Assembly: GCA_963803435.1 (NCBI GenBank)
Contig: CAWDML010000001.1
Location: forward strand, 1,728,001-1,792,000
DNA: 64,000 bases
Direction of reading: 5' to 3'
DNA from: an uncultured delta proteobacterium
GTDB lineage: Bacteria; Myxococcota; Kuafuiibacteriia; Kuafuiibacteriales; Kuafuiibacteriaceae
The position numbers and the translations under genes are program-made. Shown here in pieces: positions 17,510-27,650 of this stretch (position 1 is the first letter of the stretch; every line of letters begins with the position of its first letter). Below the pieces are notes generated by a model. It saw only the letters and a program-made list of their open reading frames with translations, had not been told where the DNA came from and did no database searches.

Positions 17510-19666
17510 ATGAAGAACTTCATTGCCGTCCTGACCACCGGCGACCTGCGCCAGATGATCGGCCGGTATTCGGACGTCATCCTGGCCGGCCTGGTGATGA
17601 CCATCATCTCGATGCTCATCATCCCGCTGCCCTACTTCGCGCTGGATCTGCTGATCGTCCTCAACATCTCCATCTCCGTCCTCCTGCTCCTCCTGGCGAT
17701 GTACATCCCGAACGCGCTCCACCTGGCGTCGTTCCCGTCTCTGTTGCTGATCACCACGCTGTTCCGGCTGGCCCTCAACGTCTCCTCCACCCGGCTGATC
17801 CTGCTGACGGCCAAGGCCGGGGAGGTCATCCAGGCCTTCGGGAACTTCGTGGTGAAGGGCAACCTGGTGGTCGGCATCGTCATCTTCCTGATCCTCACCA
17901 TCATCCAGTTCCTGGTGATCACGAAGGGCGCCGAGCGCGTCGCCGAGGTGGCGGCCCGGTTCACCCTCGACGCCATGCCCGGCAAGCAGATGTCGATCGA
18001 CGCCGACCTTCGCGCCGGCGCCTTCGACATGGACGAGGCCCGGCGCAAGCGCAACGACCTCAACCGCGAGTCCCAGCTCTTCGGCTCCATGGACGGCGCC
18101 ATGAAGTTCGTGAAGGGCGACGCGATCGCGGGCCTGATCATCACGGCCATCAACATCGTCGCCGGCATCGTCATCGGCGTGCTGATGATGAAGATGAAGG
18201 CGGGCGAGGCGCTCAACGTCTTCGCGCTCCTCACCATCGGCGACGGCCTGGTCTCCCAGATCCCCGCGCTCCTCATCTCGATCACCGCCGGTCTGGTGGT
18301 GACGCGCGTGGCCTCGGAGGAGGAGTCGAACCACCTGGGCAAGGACATCTCCTTCCAGCTCCTCGGGCAGCCGCGCGCGTTCATCATCGCGGCGGTGCTC
18401 CTGACGCTGTTCGCCCTGGTGCCGGGCATGCCGGGGATCCCGTTCACGATCATGGCGGCGGCCACCGGGCTGATCGGCTACGGCCTCAACCGCACCGCGC
18501 GGCTGAAGGCGGAGGGCAAGCTGCAGCCGCTGCCCAACGCGCCGGCGTCGCAGGAAGAGGTGAAGGAGCAGCGCGACAAGCGCATCCAGGCGCAGCGCAT
18601 GCAGGAGGGCCAGTCGCAGCAGATGCTGCCGGTCGTCACGCCGATCGCGCTGGAGGTGGCGGCCGACCTGATCCCGCTGGTCGAGGACACCGGCGACGGC
18701 TCCAAGTTCCTCGGCGAGATGATCCCGATGATGCGCGACGGCCTCTTCTACGAGCTGGGCGTGCGCTTCCCCGGCATCCGCGTCCGCGGCAACGAGACCG
18801 ACATGCCGCCGGGCAGCTACCTGATCATGATCAACGAGATCCCGCTGGTCATGGGCACCGTCTCTCAGGAGAAGGTGCTGGTGAACGACACGGTCGAGCG
18901 CCTCCGGCTCCTCAACATCGAGGGCGAGCCGGCGACCAACCCGGCCAACGGGAACGAGTGCGCCTGGATCGACATCCAGTACCAGGAGGTCGCGGAGCAG
19001 GCCGGCCTCACCACCTGGGATGCGGCCGGGTACATCGTGCTCCACCTCTCGAGCGTGCTCCGCAAGAACGGCGCCGAGTTCGTCGGGATCCAGGAGACGA
19101 TGAACATGCTCGAGCAGCTCGAGCAGGCCTTCCCGGCGCTGGTGAAGGAGACCGTGCCGAAGGTGGTGTCACCGTTCCAGCTCACGGACATCCTCCGCCG
19201 CCTGATCGAGGAGGAGATCTCGATCCGCGACCTGCGATCGATCCTGCAGGCCCTCGCCGAGTGGGGTCAGGTCGAGCACGACACCGTCATGCTGACGGAG
19301 TACGTGCGCGCCGCGCTCAAGCGCTACATCAGCCACAAGTACACGCGCGGTCAGAACACCCTGATCGTCTATCTCTTGGACCCGCAGATCGAAGAGACCG
19401 TGCGGTCCTCGATCCAGCACACCTCGAGCGGCTCGTACCTGGCGCTGGAGCCGGAGATCACGCAGGAGATCCTGAGCGCGGTCCGGACCGAGGTCGGCTC
19501 GCTGCCACCGACGGCCCAGAATCCGGTGATCCTGACCACCATGGAGATCCGACGGTATTTCCGGAAGCTGGTCGAGCTCGAGTTCCCGCACCTGGCGGTG
19601 CTCTCCTATCAGGAGCTCTCGCCGGACATGAACATCCAGCCGATCGCCCGTATCAGCCTCGAGTAG
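17510..19666 (+). CDS. sctV: Type III export apparatus major subunit SctV (FlhA family)
   Basis: ITKGAERVAEVAARFTLDAMPGKQMSIDADL, GSMDGAMKFVKGDAIAG, TIGDGLVSQIP, VLSYQEL. Confidence 0.97.
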   Translation: MKNFIAVLTTGDLRQMIGRYSDVILAGLVMTIISMLIIPLPYFALDLLIVLNISISVLLLLLAMYIPNALHLASFPSLLLITTLFRLALNVSSTRLILLTAKAGEVIQAFGNFVVKGNLVVGIVIFLILTIIQFLVITKGAERVAEVAARFTLDAMPGKQMSIDADLRAGAFDMDEARRKRNDLNRESQLFGSMDGAMKFVKGDAIAGLIITAINIVAGIVIGVLMMKMKAGEALNVFALLTIGDGLVSQIPALLISITAGLVVTRVASEEESNHLGKDISFQLLGQPRAFIIAAVLLTLFALVPGMPGIPFTIMAAATGLIGYGLNRTARLKAEGKLQPLPNAPASQEEVKEQRDKRIQAQRMQEGQSQQMLPVVTPIALEVAADLIPLVEDTGDGSKFLGEMIPMMRDGLFYELGVRFPGIRVRGNETDMPPGSYLIMINEIPLVMGTVSQEKVLVNDTVERLRLLNIEGEPATNPANGNECAWIDIQYQEVAEQAGLTTWDAAGYIVLHLSSVLRKNGAEFVGIQETMNMLEQLEQAFPALVKETVPKVVSPFQLTDILRRLIEEEISIRDLRSILQALAEWGQVEHDTVMLTEYVRAALKRYISHKYTRGQNTLIVYLLDPQIEETVRSSIQHTSSGSYLALEPEITQEILSAVRTEVGSLPPTAQNPVILTTMEIRRYFRKLVELEFPHLAVLSYQELSPDMNIQPIARISLE

Positions 19667-19708
19667 CGCTGGATTATTCCTCGACGGCCTCGTAGCTTTC
19701 CTCTCCTC

Positions 19709-22363
19709 ATGAGACCGCTCACGACCGCGGAGATCCGCCGTACGTTCCTCGACTACTTCAAGGAGCGGGGGCACGCCGAAGTTGCGTCGAGCTCCCTGGT
19801 CCCCGCCAACGACCCCACGCTCCTGTTCACCAACGCGGGCATGGTGCAGTTCAAGGACGTCTTCACCGGCAAGGAGACACGGAGCTACACCCGCGCGACC
19901 AGCTCGCAGAAGTGCGTGCGCGCCGGCGGCAAGCACAACGATCTGGAGAACGTGGGATACACGCCCAGGCACCACACCTTCTTCGAGATGCTCGGCAACT
20001 TCTCGTTCGGAGATTACTTCAAGAAGGACGCGATCGACTTCGCCTGGGAGTTCCTCACCAAGGTGGTCGAGATCCCAATGTCGTCGCTGAGCGTGACGGT
20101 GTTCAAGGGCGAGGACGGGATCCCGGCGGACGACGAGGCGGCGGAGCACTGGTTGCGGGTCGGGGTGCCGAAGGATCGGATCTTCCGCCTGGGGAAGAAG
20201 GACAACTACTGGCAGATGGCGGACACCGGGCCGCAAGGGCCGTGCACCGAGATCCACTTCTGGACCCGGGGCGGCACGCCGAACGCCACGCTCGAGGCGG
20301 TCGAGCGCTCCGACGGCTGGACCGAGATCTGGAACCTGGTGTTCATGCAGTTCGTGAAGGAGACCGCGGAGGGGCCGCTCGAGAAGCTGCCCAAGCCGTG
20401 CGTCGACACCGGGATGGGGCTGGAGCGGCTGGCGACGGTGCTCCAGGGCAAGACCACCAATTACGACATCGACCTGTTCCTGGGCATCCTGACGAAGATC
20501 GGCGAGATGGCCGGCAAGCCCTACGGCGAGACCGAGGAGGACGACATCTCCATGCGGGTCATCGCAGACCATGCGCGGGCGACGGCGTTCCTGATCGCGG
20601 ACGGCGTGCAGCCCTCCACCGGCAAGCGTGAGTACGTGCTGCGGCGGATCATGCGGCGCGCGATCCGCCATGGGCGCCGGATCGGCTTCGACGACCTGTT
20701 CCTCGACGAGGCCTGCCTGGCGGTGGTGAGCGCGATGGAGGAGCCGTACCCGGAGCTGCGTCGCGCCGCTCCGCTGATCGAGAAGGTGGTCCAGGGCGAG
20801 GAGACCCTCTTCCGGCGCACGCTCGACGGCGGGATCAAGCGCGTGATGCAGTCGATCGAGGACGCCAAGGAGAAGGGCGAGACCGCGCTCGCGCCCGAGA
20901 TCGTCGCGGATCTCTACGACACGCACGGCTTCCCGATCGATCTGTCGCGGGTGATCGCGACCGAGAACGGGCTCTCGGTGGACGAGGAGGCGGCCGCGCG
21001 GGAGCTGGAGGGGCGGCAGAAGAAGAGCCGGCAGTCCGGCGGCGACATCTCGGGCGAGAAGGCCATCGAGAAGATCTGGTTCGACGTGAAGGCCGAGGTG
21101 GGCCCGACCAAGTTCCTCGGGTACGAGCTCGACGACGCCGACGCCGACGTGAAGGTGCTGGTGGTGGACGGCCGGAAGGTGGACTCGGCGGGAAAAGGGA
21201 GCACGGTGCAGATCGTCCTCGACCAGACCCCGTTTTACGGTGAGGCCGGCGGCCAGGTCGGGGACACCGGCGAGATCGGATCGGGGCATGGACGCGTGCG
21301 GATCGTCGAGACCCGGAAGCCGCTCCCGGATCTGGTGGTGCACCTCGGTGAGGTGGTCGAGGGCGAGGTCGCGGTCCACGTGCCCGTGTGGGCGCGCGTC
21401 GATGCGGAGAAGCGGGACCAGACCCGGCGCAACCACTCGGCGACGCACCTGCTCCACCTGGCGCTCAAGGAGGTCCTGGGCGAGCACGTGCAGCAGAAGG
21501 GCTCGCTGGTGGCGCCGGATCGGCTCCGCTTCGACTACTCGCACTTCGAGCGCCTGACGCCGGACGAGATCGCGAGGGTCGAGCGCCGCGTGAACGAGAT
21601 GGTGCTTGAGAACGTGCCGACCGGGACCAAGCTCGGCTCGCTCGAGGACGCGAAGAAGGAAGGCGCGGTGATGCTCTTCGGCGAGAAGTACGGCGATGAG
21701 GTTCGCATGGTACGGATCGCCGACTCGATGGAGCTGTGCGGAGGGACGCACGTCGCGCGCTCGGGAGACATCGGGCTGTTCAAGATCACCGGCGACGACT
21801 CGATCGCGTCCGGCATCCGCCGGCTCGAAGCGGTCACCGGGATGAACGCGGTCGCGTGGGTGCAGGCGCAGGAGGCGGCGATCAAGGAGGCGGCCGGCGC
21901 GCTGAAGACGACGCCCGAGGAGCTGGCGGCGCGGATCCAGAAGCTGGTCGACCGGAGCAAGACACTCGAGCGGGATCTGGAGCAGGCGCAGACGGCGCTC
22001 GCGATGTCCGGCGGCCCGCGCGAGGACGCCGGGCCCGAGGAGATCGGCGGGATCCCGGTGCTCTTCAAGCGCGCGGATGGCACGCCGAAGAACGCGCTGC
22101 GGCAGCTCGCCGATCAGTTCCGCGACAAGCTGGGATCCGGCGTCGTGGTGCTGACGGCGCAGGACGGCGACCGCGCGACGCTCCTGGTGGCCGCCACGAA
22201 GGATGTCACCGGGAGGGTCAGCGCGGGAACACTGGTGAAAGTCGGTTCAGAGGCGATGGGCGGCAAGGGCGGCGGAAAGCCGGATTTCGCCCAAGGAGGG
22301 GGTGAAGCGGCCAAGCTCGAGGCCGGGCTGGAGGCGGTCCGCGAGGCGCTCCGGGCGCTGTAG
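19709..22363 (+). CDS. alaS: Alanine--tRNA ligase
   Basis: DPTLLFTNAGMVQFK, RHHTFFEMLGNFSFGDYFK, DTGMGLERL, NHSATHLLH, ELCGGTH, GGKGGGKPDFAQGG. Confidence 0.98.
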   Translation: MRPLTTAEIRRTFLDYFKERGHAEVASSSLVPANDPTLLFTNAGMVQFKDVFTGKETRSYTRATSSQKCVRAGGKHNDLENVGYTPRHHTFFEMLGNFSFGDYFKKDAIDFAWEFLTKVVEIPMSSLSVTVFKGEDGIPADDEAAEHWLRVGVPKDRIFRLGKKDNYWQMADTGPQGPCTEIHFWTRGGTPNATLEAVERSDGWTEIWNLVFMQFVKETAEGPLEKLPKPCVDTGMGLERLATVLQGKTTNYDIDLFLGILTKIGEMAGKPYGETEEDDISMRVIADHARATAFLIADGVQPSTGKREYVLRRIMRRAIRHGRRIGFDDLFLDEACLAVVSAMEEPYPELRRAAPLIEKVVQGEETLFRRTLDGGIKRVMQSIEDAKEKGETALAPEIVADLYDTHGFPIDLSRVIATENGLSVDEEAAARELEGRQKKSRQSGGDISGEKAIEKIWFDVKAEVGPTKFLGYELDDADADVKVLVVDGRKVDSAGKGSTVQIVLDQTPFYGEAGGQVGDTGEIGSGHGRVRIVETRKPLPDLVVHLGEVVEGEVAVHVPVWARVDAEKRDQTRRNHSATHLLHLALKEVLGEHVQQKGSLVAPDRLRFDYSHFERLTPDEIARVERRVNEMVLENVPTGTKLGSLEDAKKEGAVMLFGEKYGDEVRMVRIADSMELCGGTHVARSGDIGLFKITGDDSIASGIRRLEAVTGMNAVAWVQAQEAAIKEAAGALKTTPEELAARIQKLVDRSKTLERDLEQAQTALAMSGGPREDAGPEEIGGIPVLFKRADGTPKNALRQLADQFRDKLGSGVVVLTAQDGDRATLLVAATKDVTGRVSAGTLVKVGSEAMGGKGGGKPDFAQGGGEAAKLEAGLEAVREALRAL

Positions 22364-22430
22364 GAACGTCTCATACTTCGGGCCTCCAACAAGTTCTCGC
22401 ACGGCCCGAGCCGCGGTATGGTTGCCCGGC

Positions 22431-25400
22431 GTGTCCCAGTCGTCCGACACCGTATCGCTGCGGATCACGCTTCGATACAAAAACCTCGACGAGTTCGTGG
22501 ATCGCTACGCGGAGAACGTCTCCGCGGCCGGTCTGTTCATCCGCACCAAGTCGCCGAAGCCGACGGGCACCAAGATCCGGTTCGAGCTCCTCCTCGCCGA
22601 CGGCAGCCGCGCGCTGCGCGGCGAGGGCGTCGTGGTCACCATCCGCAAGGAGGAGCGGCCGGGCATGGCCCTTCGGTTCAACCAGCTCGATCCCGAGTCG
22701 CAAGAGGTGATCGACAAGGTGGTGGCGGCCCACGGCCAGGGCACGCTCGCACCGACACCACTCTCGACCACGTTCGCTCGTGCGCCCTCGACGCTCTCCG
22801 AGCCGCGGCGGCTCTCGTCGATCCCGGGGTGGCGTCCGACGGCCGGGCCGACGGCCTGGTCGAGCGAGCGGACACCGACCTCGCCGGTCCTGCCCCGAAA
22901 CCCGTCGCGCGTGTTCGACCAGGCCTCCAAGCCGATCGCAGCACCTCGGACCCCGTCGGGCGAAGGCCTCCGGCAGGCGCTCCCGCGCCGGCGATCCTCG
23001 GTCTCGCGACCGTGGGCCCTCAAAGGTCCGGGAGAGACGACGGATCGGATTCGACTGCGCGATCCCAACCCCAAGTTCGGGCGGGACGAGGACGAGGGGC
23101 TGCCGGCCGATCACACGGAGCGGATCGACGCTCTGGAGGAGTCGAACGGTCGCGACGCCGACCGCACCGAGCGCGTCGACGTCCGCCCGTTCGCGTTCAC
23201 GCGCACCAACCCACTCGAGACGGATCCGATGTCGGAGTCCGGCTCCCTCGAGGAGACGCCGCCGATCACCATCTCCGAGAAGGCGCCGCTCCGCTTCCCG
23301 AACGAGCGCGGTGAGTCGCTGACCCAGGAGATCGCCGAGGCGGTGATCGACGCCGCCGAGACCGCGGAGCCGGCCCGGCTGGGTACGGCGCAGATCGACA
23401 TGCGCGATCTGGACGCCGAGGCCGTGGTCCGGCCCGCAGAGGTCAAGCCGCCATTCGCGGGAGGAACCTGGGCCGACGCCATCGGCGACGCGGACGCCGC
23501 CGACGAGCCCCTCCGCATGGACGCGCACCGCGTCGGGACCGGCGCGGCGCTCGACGGCCCCAACCACACCGGCGCCAAACTCCCAGGCGCTACGGGCGAC
23601 GGCATCGAGGCGGACACCGCCCCGGGGTTCGAGCATGCACCCGAGGCAATCGTCGCCGAAGCGGACGACGACGCAGAGGCGCAGCGCACGGCCGAGATTG
23701 CACGCGAGGAAGAGGAGTGGCGCGAGGCCGAACAACGGCTGCAGGCAGAGGTCGAGGAACGAGACGCGCGTGCCGACGACGGGATGCACGTCGCAGAGGC
23801 GGAAGGCTTCGCCGAGGCCGAGGGCGCCCACCTCACGGGCGGCGTGCGCCGGGCCGACGAAGAGAGACCCCTCGAAGAAGAACCCCGCGCCCCTGAGGCG
23901 CACGGCGATGAGGAGCGACCCGGAGAAGAACGGGGCGCAGCAGAAGCGGCGCGAGCCCAGGATCGACTCGAGGATGAGCGCCGGGCCGACGAAGAGGCGC
24001 GACTCCAGAAAGAGCGCCGGGCCGACGAGCGCCGGGCCGAAGAGGCGCGACTCGAAGAAGAAGAGCGGCGCGCCGAGGAGGAGGCGCGGCTCGACGATCA
24101 GCGCCTCGCCGAGGAGCGCCGGGCCGAAGAAGAGGCGCGGCTCGTCGATCAACGCCGCGCAGAAGAAGAGGCGCGACTCCAGGAAGAACGGCGCGCAGAA
24201 GAAGAGGCGCGACTCGTCGATCAACGCCGCGCAGAAGAGCGCCGGGCAGAAGAAGAGGCGCGGCTCGTCGATCAACGCCACGCCGAAGAGCAGGCGCGAC
24301 TCGACGATCAGCGCCGCGCAGAAGAAGAGGCGCGGCTCCGAGAAGAACGGCGCGCAGAAGAAGAGGCGCGACTCGACGATCAGCGTCGCGCCGAAGAAGA
24401 GGCGCGACTCGACGATCAGCGCCGCGCAGAAGAAGAGGCGCGGCTCCGTGAAGAACGGCGCGCCGAAGAAGAGGCGCGACTCGAGGATCAGCGCCGCGCC
24501 GAGGAGCGCCGCGCAGAAGAAGAGGCGCGACTCGACGACGAGCGCCGCGCCGAAGAAGAGGCGCGACTCGACGACGAGCGCCGCGCCGAAGAAGAGGCTC
24601 GACGCGACGAGGAGCGCCGCGCCCAGGAAGAGGCGCGCCGTGCTGATGCGCGCCGGCCCGACGAGCGCCGCGCCGAGGAAGAGGCGCGACTCGACGACGA
24701 GCGGCAGGGCCTGGCCGCCGCGAGCGAGAGTCCGGGCGAGGGAACGCTGCTGCACCCGGCCAGCCCTGCTGCCGAAGCGCCGTCGGAGGAGGCGCTCGAC
24801 GATGACGCGTGGTGGGAGGCGGAAGCGCGCCTGGTCACGGAGGGGCCGCCGACCATCGTCGATGAAGAGCCGGACGACGACGACGTCGAGGCCGAGGGCA
24901 CGCCCGATCTGGCGCGGGCCGCAGCCCGGGAGGCCGAGTCGCTCCCTTCGTCCGAGCCGTCGCTCCTCGACCCCGACGCCCCGCTGCGGGCGCCCTTCGA
25001 GCCGCTCGAGACCGAGGCGCCCGAGCCGTTCGATCCGATCTCCGCCGGCGAGCTGATGGCCGACGACGAGGCCGTCGGGGCCTCGCCCGCAGACGCTCCG
25101 TATGCGTGGCAACCCCCGGCGCCCGAGGGGCCGACCACGCCGAGTCCGTACCCTCCCCTCGAGCCGTTCGACGCGCGCGAGCCCGAGGTGCCGGCCGCGT
25201 CGGCGGACGAGGCGGCCGCCGCGATCGCCGCCGCGGCGCAGGGCGAAGCCGAGACCCATGCGCCGTCGTCGTTCCACGAAGAGATCACGGACGAGTCCCA
25301 CTCCCAGACCCCGGTCACCGCACACGCTGCGGAGTCCGCCACCGAGGTGGTCGAACCGCTCGACGCCCGGGTGACCCCGGCGGCCGCCGCCGAGGTCAGC

Positions 25401-27243
25401 GTCACCGGAGTCGACGCATCGCGCCGGGCCAAGAGCGATCCGAGCAGCGTGCGGCGGAGGCTCTCGAGCGCGCCCAGGGTGATCGTGGAGCGCGGCTCCG
25501 GCGCCACCGATGCGGGCGAGGCCCGCCGGCACGCCGACGCCGCGTTCAGCGAGGAAGCGACGCTCGTGCCCCCCGAGCAGCGTGCAGCGGAGGAGGCACG
25601 GCCGGGCCCGATCGCCGGGAGGTCCCTGGAGCTCGGGACCGGTGATCTCGGCGGCGATCGGATCGTCGGTATCGACCTGGGCGGTCGCTGGATCCGGATC
25701 GGCGTGATCGACAAGAACGAGCTCGAGCTGATCCCGGTGGGCGACGCGGTCTACGTCCCGGCGCTGGCCGCGATCCGGCGTGACGGAAGCCTCGCCTTCG
25801 GCAGCAAGGCGCTGGCGATCACCGCCGAGCATCCGTCGCGGGGAGTCTCGCCGCGCGACGTGCTCCACGCGCTCGCCCCGGGCGCCGTGAACCCGAACCG
25901 CGCTGGAGCCTCGCGGATCCGCTCGTACGAGGGCGGGAGCGCGCTGCTCGAGATCGGCGATCAAACGCTCTCACTGCACGAGCTGATGGTGTCGTTCTTC
26001 CGCTGGCTGCGCTCGGCCGTCGAGGAACACCTGCACACCACTGCCTTCCGGGCGATGATCTCCGTCCCGCACGATCTCGACCCGGAGGCGCGCATGATGA
26101 TGAAGCGGGCCTGCACCGACGCGGGCCTTCGCATCGCCCGCCTGGAGTCGGAGCCGAACGCCGCCATCCGCGCCTACAACCTCTTCGAACGCCCGGTGGA
26201 CCACGCTCTGCTGGTGGACTTCGGCGCCTCGCACCTGGCGATCGCGCTCTTGAAGCGCGGCCGCGAGACGTTCGGGATCGCCGGACACGAGTGGTTCGAC
26301 GACCTGTCCGCGCGCGACCTCGACAGCCGCGTCGCGGACCTCACGCTCGAGGAGCTCAAGGTCCAGGCCGGGGAGGATCACACGCAAGATCCGATTGCGA
26401 AGGAGCGCTTGATCGAGGCCGCCGAGAAGGCGCGGCTGGACATTCGCCGCGCGCCGACGATCGAGCTCAAGGTGACGTTGCACGCGCCCGGCGGCGCAGC
26501 GGGCGTCGGCGTCGAACGAACGATCAACCTCCCCCGCAGCCGCATCTACCAGATGACCGAGCAGCTGATCGGCGAGATCTGCGCGCGCGCGCAGCGGCTC
26601 TCGCGCGAGGGTGGCGTCGATCCGCGAGCCCTCGGGGCGATCCTCATCGCCGGCAGTGGAGGCACGTACCCTCCGCTGGTGCAGTCGCTCCAGAACCTCA
26701 CCAGCATCGAGCCGCTGCAGAGCATTCCTCCGTCCCAACTCTTCGCCCATGGCCTCGCGCGCAGCGGCCTGGCGCTCGAGCGCCAGGAGAGCGCTGCCCG
26801 CTCGGGCGCGCTCGAGGCCTCGATCGGCCTAGAGCTCCCCGGCGGCCGCTTCCGCGCGCTGCTCAACGCCGGCGACAAGCTCCCGGCGCGGCTGATCCGA
26901 CCCTTCCCGACCCGCGACGGGCAGTCCGAGGTCGACCTCCGCCTCTATCAGGGCGACGCCGAGTTCGTCCGCTCGTGCCGATCCCCTGGGCGCCCTCCAC
27001 CTGGCCGGACTCCCGCGGCAACATCCAAAGGTCGAGATGGAGATGACGGTCGACAACGAGGGCGTGCTCGAGGTGACGCTCCGCGAGACCTCGAGCGGCG
27101 CCTCCGAGCGTCTGATGGTGGCGACCCAGCAGACCCCCGACGCGAAGAAGAAGGGCATTGCGCCGCAACCACAGCTCCAGCCCGAAGCCGCCAAGAAGCC
27201 CCAAAAGAGCGGCTTCCTCTCCCGCCTCTTCGGCCGCCGCTAA
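22431..27243 (+). CDS. TIGR02266 (PilZ-like) domain, long acidic/coiled-coil linker and degenerate Hsp70/DnaK-like domain; one apparent frameshift
   Basis: N-terminus FVDRYAENVSAAGLFIRT..GTKIRFEL..GEGVV..GMALRF; Hsp70-like from ~25660 (IVGIDLGG, ISVPH, SEPNAAIRAY, LIEAAEKAR, TRDGQ..LYQGD). An extra C near 26980 shifts the frame; the corrected frame ends ..GFLSRLFGRR* at 27243. Start uncertain. Confidence 0.8.
23970..24705 (+). repeat. Intragenic tandem repeat, ~36-bp unit encoding RRAEEEARL(D/V/R)(D/E)(Q/E)
   Basis: Repeated cgcgcagaagaagaggcgcgactcgacgatcag-like units, roughly 17 or more copies with occasional RRAEE insertions. Confidence 0.9.
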
Positions 27244-27650
27244 TACCGTGCAGTGAGGTGGAGCGTGCGATCGCCCGCGAGGTCGATCACCGCCTTCTCG
27301 AAGGGCGGGGGGCCCATCGAGCCCTGCGCGTCGTTGCCGAAGCCGTAGCCTTCCTTGGGAACGCCGAAGAAGTTGGTGTCGAGCTTTAGATTGTCGTTCT
27401 CGTCGTGGATGAAGCTGACCGCGTACTTCCCGGGCGCCAGACCCGAGAAGACGCAGGTGGCGTGATCTCCTTCGATCTTCGCCGACGCGCTCATTCGCGC
27501 GCGTCCGGGGTCCTTGGGAAAGCCTTCAGCACGATCGAACACCAGACAGCGGACCGTGCCCTTGTCACTGTGCAGGCCGGTGATCTCCACGCGGAGGGAG
27601 GGCGCGGCCGCGAGCGTGAGCAGTCCCAAGAGTGTCAGAGCGCTAGACAT
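27240..27650 (-). CDS. DUF2141 family secreted protein
   Basis: GKYAVSFIHDENDNLKLDTNFFGVPKEGYGFGND..GPPPFEKA. Confidence 0.9.
   Translation of the reverse strand: MSSALTLLGLLTLAAAPSLRVEITGLHSDKGTVRCLVFDRAEGFPKDPGRARMSASAKIEGDHATCVFSGLAPGKYAVSFIHDENDNLKLDTNFFGVPKEGYGFGNDAQGSMGPPPFEKAVIDLAGDRTLHLTARY

Noticed and set aside
104-19666. Flagellar biosynthesis cluster
   Set aside because: No rod, hook, flagellin, fliF/G or mot genes; SycD-like chaperones and a fused SctQ indicate an injectisome.
23970-24705. CRISPR-like 36-bp periodic repeat
   Set aside because: In-frame coding repeat with synonymous variation and no spacers.
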